Shown: piece after piece, positions 1-12,787 of the stretch
How positions within the stretch are numbered: position 1 is the stretch's first letter
Layout of the letters: each line of letters starts with the position of its first letter
Assembly: GCA_051453625.1 (NCBI GenBank)
Contig: JBOZIK010000001.1
Coordinates: 29,842,847 to 29,878,412, forward strand
DNA from: Welwitschia mirabilis
Lineage: Eukaryota
Length of the DNA: 35,566 nt
Reading direction: 5' to 3'
Program-made: the position numbers and the translations under genes
Notes under the pieces: generated by a model
Told to the model about the DNA's origin: nothing
Seen by the model: the letters and a program-made list of their open reading frames with translations, nothing else
Databases searched by the model: none

Positions 1-456
1 TCACGTTTTTACGAGGATGCTTGATACCCTTGGGTTGTACCTTCTTATTTGGTTACGATTGTCAACATAGGAGGTTGTTTTGTACCATGATTGGCACGGT
101 TCTTTTGTTACTATTATTAGAGGCTTGGAGTATACAAATGTTTCTGAGTTATTTGAAAGTCGTAACATGATTGCAAATATATTATGCTCAAAAACAGAAA
201 GCTTTAGATATAAAGAGTAATTTTATGATTTTNNNNNNNNNNNNNNNNNNNNNNNNNNNNNNNNNNNNNNNNNNNNNNNNNNNNNNNNNNNNNNNNNNNN
301 NNNNNNNNNNNNNNNNNNNNNNNNNNNNNNNNTTATAATGTGTTAATAGAGTCTAAATAGGATTTGATCCTAGGTTCCGTTGTGCATGATAGTTAATAAC
401 GAATACAAGAAAAAAAAATTATGGTTAATTAAGGTAATTAAAGTTGGGGTGTTACA
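1..456 (+). mobile_element. Probable 3' part of a gypsy-type LTR, truncated by the window start and containing an N gap
   Basis: Ends in TTGGGGTGTTACA (444-456), a typical plant gypsy LTR terminus. No partner LTR is visible. Confidence 0.35.
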
Positions 457-494
457 CAATCATAGCTCTAGAAAAAAAAATTTTTTTTAAATGC

Positions 495-697
495 AGGTGG
501 GGCATTTTGAGGCGTTTATCTGAAAAACGCCTTAACAAGCATTTTGAGGCTTTCATCTAAAAAACGCCTTAACAGGCCGCAAAAGGATTTTTTCTTAACC
601 TTTTGAGGCGGTTTTCCCATAAATGCCGCATAAAACACCTTAAAAGCATTTAAGATGTTTTTTAAGACCTTTTAAAAGGCTCTATTTCTTGTAATAC
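495..697. mobile_element. Degenerate CACTA-like DNA transposon end with subterminal repeats
   Basis: Clustered motif in both orientations (GAGGCGTTT, AAACGCCTTA, AAACACCTTA) ending at TTTCTTGTAATA, which resembles the CACTA terminus TTTCTTGTAGTG. Confidence 0.4.
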
Positions 698-1254
698 TAT
701 GTACCACTAATTAAGTTTCAGTCTCAATAGACTTATGTTAATAGAACTCAAAGGATAAATGTCACTAATTAAATGCCTAATTATTTCAATACACATCACA
801 GAATAATCACCACCATTATATCATTTTATGCATAAGATAATAAGTAACTACTTAGAACAATTAACTCAAATGCATGAGCATGTAAGAAAATACATTTAAC
901 GGTACATACTTGGAAAGCATAAAGAAAAACGAAGTAACCATGATCATTGGAAGTTGTGCTACTACCTGCATCATTGTATAACTATACTATGCATACTCTA
1001 ACTACATTAATCATTCTAAAAGTAATGTGATTATTAGTCAATAACCAACAATATCTAACATTCATTATAAATTAACTATTGAACAACTAAGTATAGAAAA
1101 GAAATCTATTAATATAATTATAGTAAGAACATTATTTAGGTGCCGAAGATAAATATCTAATCCTATCTAAACACTTATTTCATCATGCATCTATTTCCTA
1201 ACATTAACCAACTTTTAAAAATAAAATCTTGTTTCCTCAAGAGTATAAATATGA

Positions 1255-1700
1255 GATAGGACAATATAAGATAACACAATACCATGCATATAATATAAAA
1301 TATTATAATATTATCCATATAATATAATATGTCTGTGATATAATTTTGATAAACATACAATAAANNNNNNNNNNNNNNNNNNNNNNNNNNNNNNNNNNNN
1401 NNNNNNNNNNNNNAAATAATATAATATAATACTATAATATAATTTAATACAATATAGTGTGTATGTGTAATATTATGCATATAATAAAATAAATTAATAT
1501 ATATTATAATATATAATACAACATAATATTATATAATTTAATATAATTATAATACAGTATAATATAATATAATGGGCTATAATATGAAACAATTTTATAT
1601 AACATATTTTAATGTAACAAAATGTAATAACAAATTATATTATAACATAATGTAAAATAACATAAAGTAACTCAATATTATGCATATATTACTTCTTATA
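1255..1700. repeat. AT-rich low-complexity, degenerate (ATATA)n repeat with an N gap
   Basis: Almost pure A/T with repeated ATAAT/ATATA units. Confidence 0.8.
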
Positions 1701-3954
1701 AATTCAACGCTACATTCTCACTAAAGATGGTGTTGTTTTTATGTTTCATAACCATATGCCAAGATAGTGTCATTTTTACAAAAAAAATTGGTAAACTCAA
1801 TTTCTACAAACCATTACCTTTCTATAGCCTTCAACATGTATGATGTTGGACTTGTGCTAGTATTTGAACATATTTCTGTGCAGTAGGTTAATGGACTAGA
1901 GGAAAAAGATTAATTTAGAACTTAGAACTAAATTTTCTAGCACATTATAAGATTCCTCTAATACTATTGAGGCTTTAATGTCAAAACCTTAATCAACAAT
2001 CCAAAACACACACCATAATAGCATTGCAAACAATCCATAAAGAAGGTAGGTACCTTAATATAACAAGCAGCCCTATCCTAAAGATATTTGCAAAGATGAT
2101 CGAGCACGATGAATTTTAATCTAGGGTTTCTTTAAGTGGATATGTAAGGTAGAGCCCTTACCTAAGCTTGAAATATCACTCAAAATATGAACAGGAAATA
2201 ACAAATGGAGCCACTGCCAGCATCCACCATGCAACTGGGAAACCCCACTTCAGTAATATGACATTTGGTTAAGTAAATGTGTTTGGCTAGGAAGTGAACC
2301 ACGAGAAAACACAGAGTCCCAAATCAAAGGCCTGTAAACAACACTAAACTTTTCCACCCCAACAGTGGACAACAGCTAAAACCGACTTGCCTTGTTTTTC
2401 TTGGTTTCCAGTCTGAACCAAATTAGGCAATTCGTCCTCCAAACCTTCAAGAAGAAAATGACACCATTGCTAATCGGTATCTTCTTTGTATGAATAGTTG
2501 CCTTCTTGCAAGTATGAACTAACGTAACAACATCTGGACATATGAGATTTTAATATTCTAAGAGAAGCCTGAAAGAGTGTATTAGACAGATCTTGCAGAA
2601 AAGGAGTATGAGATAACTTAATTGATAGTTCTTCAAATGGCTTCTCTTGGTGTATTGCATGGAAACTGTGAGGATTTCACAGAAATAGTGATAGCACCAG
2701 AATCTATTTTGCTATCAGTGAGTAACTTATACAGAGGGCCAAGTTTGTTCAGAGACTAGAACCATCAGCCATCATGCCAAAGTCTCAGACGCATTTGTTA
2801 GATCCGAGCATAGTAAAATTCGTACTGTCAAAACAAAATGCAACATACTAACATCCATAAGAAAAAGAGCAGAAAACTCGATATTTTAGTTTAAAAACAC
2901 ACAAAAAACTGGAAGCCGCCCGCTCAATGTGTAAAACGCTGTCAATTTCAAGGAGTCATCTCTTGAATAATATCAATGTGATATCAAAAGCGAATGAATA
3001 AAAATTATTCGGTGAACTAAAACCCTACGGAGTAAAAATGGAGTTGTGAACTATAAGGAACGAGGGAAAATGCAGAAAGCGGAGAAAAACCAGCATACCT
3101 ATTTGTAAATAGCGCTCCCGTGAGGAAACAATAAACGCAAAGAATGACGATCGATGTTTTTTGAGAAGTTGCCAGTCCCTTCCCTGCATTTTCTGATATA
3201 AATTATCAGATTCTTACAAGAAAGACTTCAAGGCAACGAAATAAAGATACGAACAAAATAAGATATCAATGAGTAATTGATCTACTGGAGCAAATGTTGG
3301 AGTTCATCCTCCTCCTACGGAAGATTTCTCCTTTTATTCGAAAGCGAGGGAGAGAATGAAATGAAAAGAGAAAGGCCGGTCATTTGAAAACTATTCTCTT
3401 CCTCCAATCTTCATTTTTATTTCGTTGAAAGGTTGTTACCGGAAAACTTCGGGCGTTGATGGTGGAGTGAGCCAAAGCGATGATGATGAAGTCGTGTCTG
3501 TACGGCGCGGTAAAGCCAGAAAAACGTCAAAGAAATTTCTAATTAAAAAAAATGTGCAAACGTCTGCTCAGCCACAACATAGGGTCAATGTCTTGGTTTA
3601 AAGTATTAGAGATTTTCAGAATCGCAGTCTGTTTGTTTCCTTTCCAGCTGTGTTAGATGGGGACCTTCCGTTGAGATTTTGATCGAATGGTCCTCATAAT
3701 TAAACGCACACATTCGCCTTAATCAAAATCAAGTACGTAGCTCAAAAGATAATGACACACACCCAAATGGAAGGCACACGCTTCAAAATGATAGGCATTA
3801 CAAGAAATAAAATAATAAATAACTATTTCTTGTATTAATTTAAAAAATACATTACGTCAAGGAACGAAGAAGAAGTTAAAATGAACTTCTCGAACTAACC
3901 TTGGATCAAGTTCGCTCCCAAAGGAGGCACTTAGAAAACCATGACATCTTAACA

Positions 3955-4394
3955 CTCCAAGTTTTTGCACCACGTTTTGCCAACCAAAGACTTTCTACAA
4001 CACTCAAGACCATTTTATAGATGAGGGAAGCTAAGGCTTGGATGGCTTTACCATAATGTGGTTGGTGGTAGTTACATAAGGGGGTTTACACTTTTGGGTG
4101 AATAAATTAGAAAGAGGTTACAAAATTTAGCATGTAGCCTAAATGAATGATTATTTATCTTCCAGTACAAGAGAGGTGATGACATGTCCTTTAAATGGTG
4201 ATGCAACTACCATTAGATGCCATGTGATGTGTTCTCCATGTCATTATGTTCATTACTACCACATGTCACTATGACATGTTGTTTTACGCCTCCACCTATG
4301 TTATTGGAGTTTTAAAGTTTATTCTAAATTAACATCGAACTGAGCTCGTAAGTGGAATGTGATGAACTTACCAAAAAGATGTAAGAACATAAGA
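3955..4394. repeat. Diverged ~430-bp repeat, copy 1 (LTR-like fragment)
   Basis: Shares colinear anchors with 5545..5975: ATTTTATAGATGAG, AAGGCTTGGA, TAGTTACAT, GCATGTAGCC, GATGCCATGTGAT, TGATGAACTT. Confidence 0.6.
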
Positions 4395-5544
4395 NNNNNN
4401 NNNNNNNNNNNNNNNNNNNNNNNNNNNNNNNNNNNNNNNNNNNNNNNNNNNNNNNNNNNNNNNNNNNNNNNNNNNNNNNNNNNNNNNNNNNNNNTGCAAG
4501 ATAAGAATATTTTATACATAAAGGTATTTTTAATTCTTTTCTTAATCTTTATACTCTTTTCTATTTGCAAGAATACAATCTAGAGGATGGAATTACCTAT
4601 TAAAGGAAAATAAATGCTTATTATTATTCTAAGTAGGTTCTAAAATCCTATAAGCATACAACATATGATGATGAATACTCTTAGATAATCTATTTCCAAA
4701 TTTGTAATACTTCACTTGTTATTCCTCTAGGGGATTTAGAAGTAATCTTTAATCTTAAGCAACATGATGACCTATTATTTTGATCATACTTTATAATGGC
4801 CTAGATTTATTTGATTTTACACTCAGAATCATTTTTCCACAAGAATATATGTAGTAAATTTTACAAAGGATACAATATTAATTATACTTGTGATAAAAAT
4901 AATAATAAAAGAAAAATATAAAAGTTTTTATTTAAATGATCTTTATTTGATAACGTAAGGGAAAAAAATACTCTAAGGATCTAATCATTTTGCCCAACTC
5001 TCCCCTTTGCTTTGATGATTCTTATATCTCAAAACATAAACTAAATTATCAATTCTTTAGGGCTCAACGTGGATGTACAATATCATTTATCACATGAGTG
5101 TTGATAAGTTATCCAGTCCTCATAATAGTTCATAGCCTTTTATAATCTAAAAAGTATGAACCAAAATGCATATGATCCATTAAATAATAAAAACTACAAA
5201 CTCCTAAGAGTAATCTATAATAGTTCACATGGTTTAAACTAAGTTAAGAATAGGTAAACATCACTTAAAGATTGCTAATACCTATTTTTATACATTAATA
5301 ATGGAATAATAAAACCTGCTAAAGAATAGGTAAACTTCACTTAAAAATTTCTAGTTCTACTAAATATTCCTAATGCCAAATGAAATGTGCATAATAATAA
5401 AAGGATTTAAACCAATTTTTATACTAAATATAAAAGAGATATACATTACATTTTTAGAGAAGAATGAAGGAGAAAGACTTCTCGACTCTCCTTGGATTAT
5501 TTTCCCCCCAAGAGAGATTATTAGAGAACCATAGCATTCTAGGC

Positions 5545-5975
5545 TCCAACTCTTTTCCACATTAATCAAACCAAAAGATCCATTATAATGAGGACCTGAG
5601 ACTATTTTATAGATGAGAAAAGGCTTGGAGTTTAAGCCATAACTGCATTAGTTAATAGTTACATTGGGGGGTTACTTAAGGGAAATTACTTAAGAGGAAG
5701 CTATAAACATGTGGCATGTAGCCATAAGGAAAGATTCTTTATCCTCACATGAAAACATGGAAAGGATGTGTTATTTGACTACTAATGATACTGTCAATGG
5801 ATGCCATGTGATCTATCTTCTATGTGCTCATCCTTGTTATTGCTAGACATCATTATGGTATATTAATTTAAACTTCCACTGTGTATCATTAGTTTTAAGA
5901 ATTTTATCTAGATTATTTTTTACTTAGCTCATAAGATAATTATGATGAACTTTCTAATTTATTATAGGAACATGA
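5545..5975. repeat. Diverged ~430-bp repeat, copy 2 (LTR-like fragment)
   Basis: Same anchors, order and orientation as 3955..4394. Confidence 0.6.
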
Positions 5976-8900
5976 GTTTTATGATATTTTGGCTCAATAG
6001 TTCTATCTAAGAGCATTAGCATTTAGTATAGGAATATATTAAAGTTTTACATTTGTTCTCTAGAATCCAATAATATGCCTACTAATGTTAAGGCAAATCT
6101 CATATCTTTATGAAAATATGATAAAAATGGTAAATTCAATTATTTTATAGTAAATTAATGAATGAAATGTCTTTTCCTAGGCATAATTAATCATTTATGC
6201 TTGCTTAGAATGCCAATTTTTGCATGTAAACATTAAAATATAGTAATTTTCAAAACACGTAGAAACTACTAAATAGCAAATGGAATCATGATTGGTTTAA
6301 AGACAAATGGAAAGCATTGTTTCATGCTTTCTGGAATTCTAAGGCTTAACCTAAACATAAAGTTTTCCTTTGGTGTCTTGTTCCTAAAGGCTTTTCTATT
6401 GGTCATCATTATTAACACCTAGGGATTAGTCAACCTACTTGTCCTATTTGCTAAGGTGGAAATAGTTTTTAACATGTCTTTTATAATTGCAATTTAGTAA
6501 TGAATTTATGGAGTTGGTTGTAGCATCTTTTTCATCTTAGAATTCCTCTTTCCTATCCAGATTCTTTGTTACTCCAAGGCAAGGTTGATAATAGTGTGAA
6601 GAGGGGATGACATATTCTCCTATTGGGCAGTTTGCATTTTCTCTAGAAATGGTAATATTAAGCATGATACAATGATGAAACATTTGATAACTTCATAATT
6701 AGAATGAAAGTGTTAATTATCATAACAGTTGTTTTGCAAGATGAATCCATTAGAGGTCCTCACAAAGATATATTTGTAACAGTGCTTCAAGAAGGAATCA
6801 TCTAGCCTACTGGTTTTATCTTTTATCTTTTACATTTCATGATGATAAGAAACCATCCTAAGGGGTGTAGTTACTTATACGTGTTTTCTTGTGCTTTGTT
6901 AAGGTTTCTTATCTAATTTTGATCTTGATGATTTCTCTTTACCTTAGCAAGCTCTTCCCATCATCAATAACTTTTTTATTTTAAAAATAATTTAATTTTT
7001 AAGAAACCTTTTCTTTTTCTCTTTTCCTCCTAATGCTATATTGGTTCCTAAAAATAAAATGAATTAAAAGAATGTTCTTCTTAGATGTTTTATTTTTATT
7101 CTTAACAAGTTTCCTATATGCTACATTGATAATACATATTTAATGGTGGATGCCCTCTTTAATGTGCATCAAAATGCAAAGTCTTAAGAAGTAAATGTTT
7201 ACAAAGACTTTCTAATATAATTTGATATTTTCTAATCAAGATGCAACCTCCTTTTTATTAATACTTTTCTTACTGCTTCAATGCAGTTGAAGAATTCAAC
7301 TCTCTACTATTACAATTCATTAAAAGAAGTTAATGTTTGCTAATTAACAATAATATTCATTATTGATACTTCCTTGGAATTCACTTGTGTGCTTTGTTTG
7401 TGTTCTTCAAGAACTTAGCCTTTAATGCACTCTCAACAATTTATGATCACTTTACAAGTCTTCTTCTTCATCAATTGCTTTAGCCTTTTTCCCTCTTTTT
7501 GAAAGATTTACCTGAACTTTTATCATGCCAAAGTTTAATAAAGCAAACCTTTACCACTATTTACATCTTCTATCAATCAATATTCTTTTTTAATCATGAA
7601 AACTATCTTCAACCATTATCACATTAATGATTTCCAATTTTGAAAGGAGGATTAGATAAACTTAAAACTTTGAATGACCATGCCTCCAGGAATATAGCCA
7701 CTATGATTGCCCAAACAAATAATTTGATTATGCCATAGGCTTTATAGCTTCCAGGCAAGACATCCAAAGGTCACTATCCATAATTTATATGTGAAGGACG
7801 AGTATCCTACATCTTGGATTTTTACCCTATTGACTAATTTTGAAAGTAATGATTCTCATTTAATACGAAAGATGCTAATAATAACAACTTCCAAATATGA
7901 GCATTTGCCATATTGTCTCATCATCAAAGGTAGAATAAAAGTTCCTTAATCCTCAACTTTAGCATAATCTTTAAAAATTAAGTACCTTTTATTCCATAAA
8001 CAAAAACTTAATGCTCACAAAAACTTAATGCCTAAGTATCTAGAGAACTTAAAAAAATTGACAATTCAAAAGATTCCAAAGAAAACTAAGAAGATTCCAC
8101 GAGCAATAATTCAAACCGAATAAAGCTAATAGCAGTCACCTTCAAGAATGAACTTTCCCTGGAAGGAAAGCAAGGAGTTGATTCATTAACATTCTTTAAC
8201 TTTGTTTTGATTCGCTAGCAAACTGTCCAAAGTACAGGCAGAGATGATGCATTTGGACACTCGTTTTCCCCAGTTCTCTAAGTAATTCCAGTCACATATA
8301 ACAGTAATCTCTTTCATCACTCGGGCAAACAATGAAACCCAAAAGGGAAGTCAGCCATCGCTTCAGTCCCAGAAGGCAGAACGAATTAATTGCAGGTTGA
8401 CTCCCAAAACAGGTAAAGAAGCAATTCTTTTCAAACCTGGTTGTAAGCAGTTTCACAGTAACGAACCACAGCAGTGCACTCTGTTCTGTGCAATTGAAGG
8501 ACTTATGGTTGAAGCGCGGCACAGAGAATGTCATTTAACCCTGTAAAACAAAAGGTACTTATAAGCCTTATCCCATCAAATCCCAGATCGTTCATCTCCA
8601 CGGACGGATAAGACAGTACGCCATTTATCGACCACAAAATAGGGCAAACGCGAAGGCCGTATTATCACATTCTTAACGTGCTGCAGAAGCGGACAAAGTA
8701 CCAGATACTTCCTGGTTTGAGGGCCTTATCGACAATGTCCTGCAATGGGAGTTTGGAACTTACTGCTTTGGGAGTCAATGGCGACAGACTGGACACGTTA
8801 TCAGCAAGGAGGTCTCTCTCTCTCGAGCCCACTGTTGGTTTCAGACTGTACTCAGCGTGATTTCTTATCTTTTGTGTCGCTTTTCCAGAGCCTTTCACGG

Positions 8901-9400
8901 ATCCAATGGCTCTGCACGTACAGCTCGAAAGCAGCCATCACAAGAATCGGATTATCGTGTAGTGCTGCGTGATTTAGGGCCCTTCTATTCATTACGGACG
9001 TTGGCTTGTGGACAGATCACTCACAAGGCGTATCCCTCCAACCACAAAAAGATGACGCCCTTTTCTGTGTCTCTCTCCCCTCCCACCTTTCTCTGTGCTT
9101 TAAAATCCGTTGTTCTTCTGTTGGCAATGCACAGAACAATGTACATCGTCCTTGAGGGCTTGAGAAGCTTTAATAATTGTTCTACCCTTTTCTGGTTCTG
9201 ATACCTTTTTCGCTTTTCCCTTCTTGAATTTTATCACACTTCTGGGGAAAGGTTGCAGGTTCAAGTTTTAGTGAAACCATGTAGGCTAGAGTATGCTCTT
9301 TGAAATGGAATCTTCTTCTTTGGTATCCTTCTTGTTCGGTCTCCTGGAATTTTCTTCGCAGGGGCTTCCCATTAGGTAACAAGGGACCAACTGAAACACG

Positions 9401-9668
9401 ATGTGCCGTGCCTGGGTAATTTTTACGATCTCTGTTTTGTTACTGGCTCAAAATCACCGCTGTAACGTTTCTGCTGTGGGCACTCTGCCCTCCTCTGTAA
9501 ATATAGGCGCTCTTTTTGCTTTTGATTCCACAATAGGGCGTGTCGCCAGAACAGCTATTGAGTTAGCAGTGGAGGATGTTAATGGCAGCCAAGACATCCT
9601 CAACGGGACCGAGATTAAGCTTTTCTCTGTTGATTCCAATTGCAATGCATTTCTCGGCACAGAAGCAG
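9401..9668 (+). CDS. GLR3: Glutamate receptor-like channel (GLR3 clade), exon 1: signal peptide and start of the amino-terminal domain
   Basis: MCRAWVIFTISVLLLAQ...VNIGALFAFDSTIGRVARTAIELAVEDVN...DSNCNAFLG; donor CAG|GTATT at 9669, phase 1, joins 28663 in frame. Confidence 0.93.
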
Positions 9669-10013
9669 GTATTGAGTGTTCCTCTTCTGGTTTATAGTTC
9701 TTTATCTCTTTAATGATTTGGAAATATTCTTTTTGGTTAAGATGATTTGGAAATGTTAATCCGTTTCTGCTTACGCTTAAGCTATGCTTTTACTTTGTAG
9801 TTTTCACTAATCTGTGTTTTACAAAATTTTCTTGTAGAATTTCTAATTACATCTGCTTCTACTAGGCTTGTAATAGGCCATATATTTCCAGCATGTATGC
9901 AAAGTTACCTGGTGAAATTTTCCAATCAAAGTATCAGTGAAAAAGGGTTCCCAAAGGTCTAATCAAATCCAGGGAATAGTTTTCAGTTGGGAAGCCAAAT
10001 GAAGTTGTACAAA

Positions 10014-10324
10014 TGTTATGAACCCAGTCGTAAAAATGTAAAAAATTAAAAGTAAGTGACTATTTCGAGGGGGTGAAGCCTCCAACAACCATTTCGAGGG
10101 TGATTAACCTCCAAGATAAGAGTTCAAACTTTATTCGATGATTTCAAAGCACTACAATACCCACTTATTTATAGGACACACAATCCTCCTAACAAAATAC
10201 ATAGTCTATGTGGGATTTAAGAAAAATAACAAAATAACAATTTATGGGGCCAAATAACAGTTTATGGTCCTAATAACAGAAATTGAATTTGCAATAAAAC
10301 TACTATAATTGTGGGGTCACGTTA
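10014..10324 (-). repeat. 3' LTR of the chromovirus
   Basis: Begins TGTTATGAACCCAG on +. About 28 substitutions versus 17517-17827 by hand count (~91% identity). PPT adjacent (10325-10341, TTTGAAGAGGGGTGGAA on -). Confidence 0.92.
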
Positions 10325-10816
10325 TTCCACCCCTCTTCAAAACGATCTTGTCCTCAAGGTTGAAAGTCTGGAAACCTCTTCTGTAACTTGTGTAGAAATT
10401 CCCAAGTAGCATTTTCAGGAGGCAAGTTAGCCCATTGAACAAGCACCTTTGTAACCACTCAATTTTGAAACTTCACCATACAGCGGTCCAAGATAGCTAC
10501 CGGTTGTACTTGTAAGATCCCTTCTTCAGAGATATTCAGAAGCTTTGTAGTTACTGTAGTTTCGTTCCCAATCTTTTTCTTTAAACATGAGACATGAAAA
10601 ATAGGATGTATCTAAGACGCTGGAGGCAATTCAAGCTTATAAGCAATGGAGCCAATTTTCTGAAGCACTTTGTAGAGTCCATAATATCGAGGAGAGAGCT
10701 TTAAATTGCGACAAGTAGCTATTGAAGTTTGCTTGTATGGCTGCAATCTAAGGTCTAGCAAGTCACCAACCTCAAAAGACTTCTTCATGTAGTGCTTGTC
10801 TACTTCTTGTTTCATG
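10325..10816 (-). pseudogene. Second copy of the integrase C-terminus, chromodomain and PPT
   Basis: LRLQPYKQ...KLSPRYYGLYKVLQKIGSIAYKLELP (GPY/F region), then VLVQWANLPPENATWE. Colinear with 13098-13590 with many substitutions. Ends at the N gap 10817-10916. Confidence 0.9.
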
Positions 10817-12268
10817 NNNNNNNNNNNNNNNNNNNNNNNNNNNNNNNNNNNNNNNNNNNNNNNNNNNNNNNNNNNNNNNNNNNNNNNNNNNNNNNNNNNN
10901 NNNNNNNNNNNNNNNNTCGTCAAAATGTGGCCAACTTTTTATGTTGGCCAGCAAAGGAGCAAAAACATGAAATGAGAGACTAATTGTAGATCCAGAGCAT
11001 GGGGTATAATAGTGTTTTCAAAAGTGCAACATGTCACCTGATGAACTTTTCTCAAACAGTTTCAATTAGGACGATTTTTTGAAAAAAAAACATTTTGAAA
11101 ATATCATCAAAATGTTGCCAACTTTTTATGTTGGCAACATGTCGTGGAATAAACCAAAACATTGGCCATCCAAAAAAACATGAAATAAAAGACTAAGTGT
11201 AGGGTAAAAACATGCCATTTCTAGCAATGTGCTCCTATAATTCTACTTGCATTCTTCAATCTTCCACCTTTTTTTTTGATCTTTTTCATCATTTATTGTG
11301 GATTTTCTTCTCTTCCTTTGAACGTGGTTTGACCTAAAGCTAAACTTTCACAATGGTGCGATGTAAAAACAAGGGCAACAAAAGTGATTGCAAGTTTTGT
11401 GGCATAAGCATTTTTGGTGAACTTACTCAATTAAAGTATCACATTCCAAGCATGTTAGGGAACAACACTTGTAAGTGTGCATCTACTAGTATGTTATAAT
11501 GACACTCAATGTCATAGTACATATTTATATGTTTTTCTTGCTACATGCTTTTGTCCACATCATTATGTGGGAAGCAATTTGTTTTATTATGGCTTGAACA
11601 TTTTAATGACATTTTTTCACAAATTCTTTTTTTTTGGATAAGTTCATAAATATAATTGCATTAGTATTTAACAAATTATATGTAGTGTTTAATGTTTCCA
11701 CATAGTAATGGGCTTTCTATTTGTCTATGTACTTCAATTACGTTTTGGATTGTTTATTCTTCTAATTGTTTATGTACTTCAAATACTTTTTGGACTGCTT
11801 ATTTTTAATTGTTTAGTTGTATTGATTATAAATATTATAACTTTTATATTTACACAAATTTTAAATAGAAAATACTCACCATCGACATAACGTGTCTCCT
11901 AACATGACAACTCAACTCCTTCAGTGTGCCAACATAAACTAATTACAAGCATAAACTAACTACAGACATGTATATCAATTATAATTTGGTTGGTACTCGC
12001 GGCTTTCAAGCATGCCTGTAGACAGCTTACAAGGTGCAGAAGTAGACCTTAAGCCACAGTTTTGAATTTACTTCGGGTTTAATAAAATTGAAATCAATAA
12101 TTGCAATCCTTTCGTGTTTAGATGCCGCAGTTTTCTTACGTTTTTCTTCTAAGATCTCAGAATTATGGGATCCCTTTGACAGCAAAACAGATTGCTTTTA
12201 AATTGTCCAGACAAAAAATTTGCAGATGAGCTTAAAACCGACGGCAAGGGTGGAAGAGACGGCAAATC

Positions 12269-12450
12269 AAACCCTAAATTCGTAGCATTCAAGGAACAAA
12301 TTTTGTGCATAACCTTAATAGTTTAACAACGAAACAAAAAGGTCATAGCCAATCTTTCTCTTAGTTTCAAAGAGCAGCAGTACGTTGCCTAAAAAATCCC
12401 CTTTAAAAATTGAAGAAAGAATGAAGGCACTTACAAATACGAAACCCTAA
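12269..12450 (+). promoter_or_regulatory. Two telo-boxes (AAACCCTAA) in the captured P0 intron
   Basis: AAACCCTAA at 12269-12277 and 12442-12450. The motif is enriched near the 5' ends of plant ribosomal-protein genes. Confidence 0.55.
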
Positions 12451-12529
12451 CAATACAAGTACCCTCCAGGAAAACGCGCAAAACAAAAGCAAAAAGGCAA
12501 AGCAGATCAACACAGATGAAGGTACTTAC

Positions 12530-12787
12530 AACAAGCAAAGGAATAAGGTTCAGATACGCAGTATTCCCAGACTTCTCGGCATATATACGAATGGATCTCT
12601 TGATCATTGTATTTTTTCCAATAAGAACGATCGAATCAGGTCTCAATCCTTGGCGAATGTTCTGCAACTGATTGGACCCGACATTGTCTGCAAGGCAAAC
12701 CACAACCTGCGAGTATTGCTTAAGCAGATCACATAGTTTCTTGTCGTAGAGGTTTTCTTCTCGGCCTTTGCTTCCCTTAAACCCCAT
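12530..12787 (-). pseudogene. RPLP0: Captured fragment of a 60S acidic ribosomal protein P0 (uL10) gene: N-terminal 86 codons followed by an intron donor
   Basis: [73 protein letters not shown] matches plant RPP0. Followed by GTAAGT at 12529-12524. No downstream GNVGLIF exon was seen. Confidence 0.92.

Noticed and set aside
2710-2780. Box C/D snoRNA on the - strand (ATGATGG ... CTGA ... CTGA)
   Set aside because: Imperfect C box, weak terminal stem and only about 8 nt (AGTTACTC) of apparent rRNA complementarity. It would need an Rfam or snoscan hit.
1175-4583. ORFs 1175-1480, 4319-4570 and 4359-4583
   Set aside because: Artefacts of N gaps and AT-rich low-complexity sequence.
6280-7950. Decayed gypsy gag/protease on the - strand
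   Set aside because: Composition is suggestive, but no diagnostic motif could be read with confidence.
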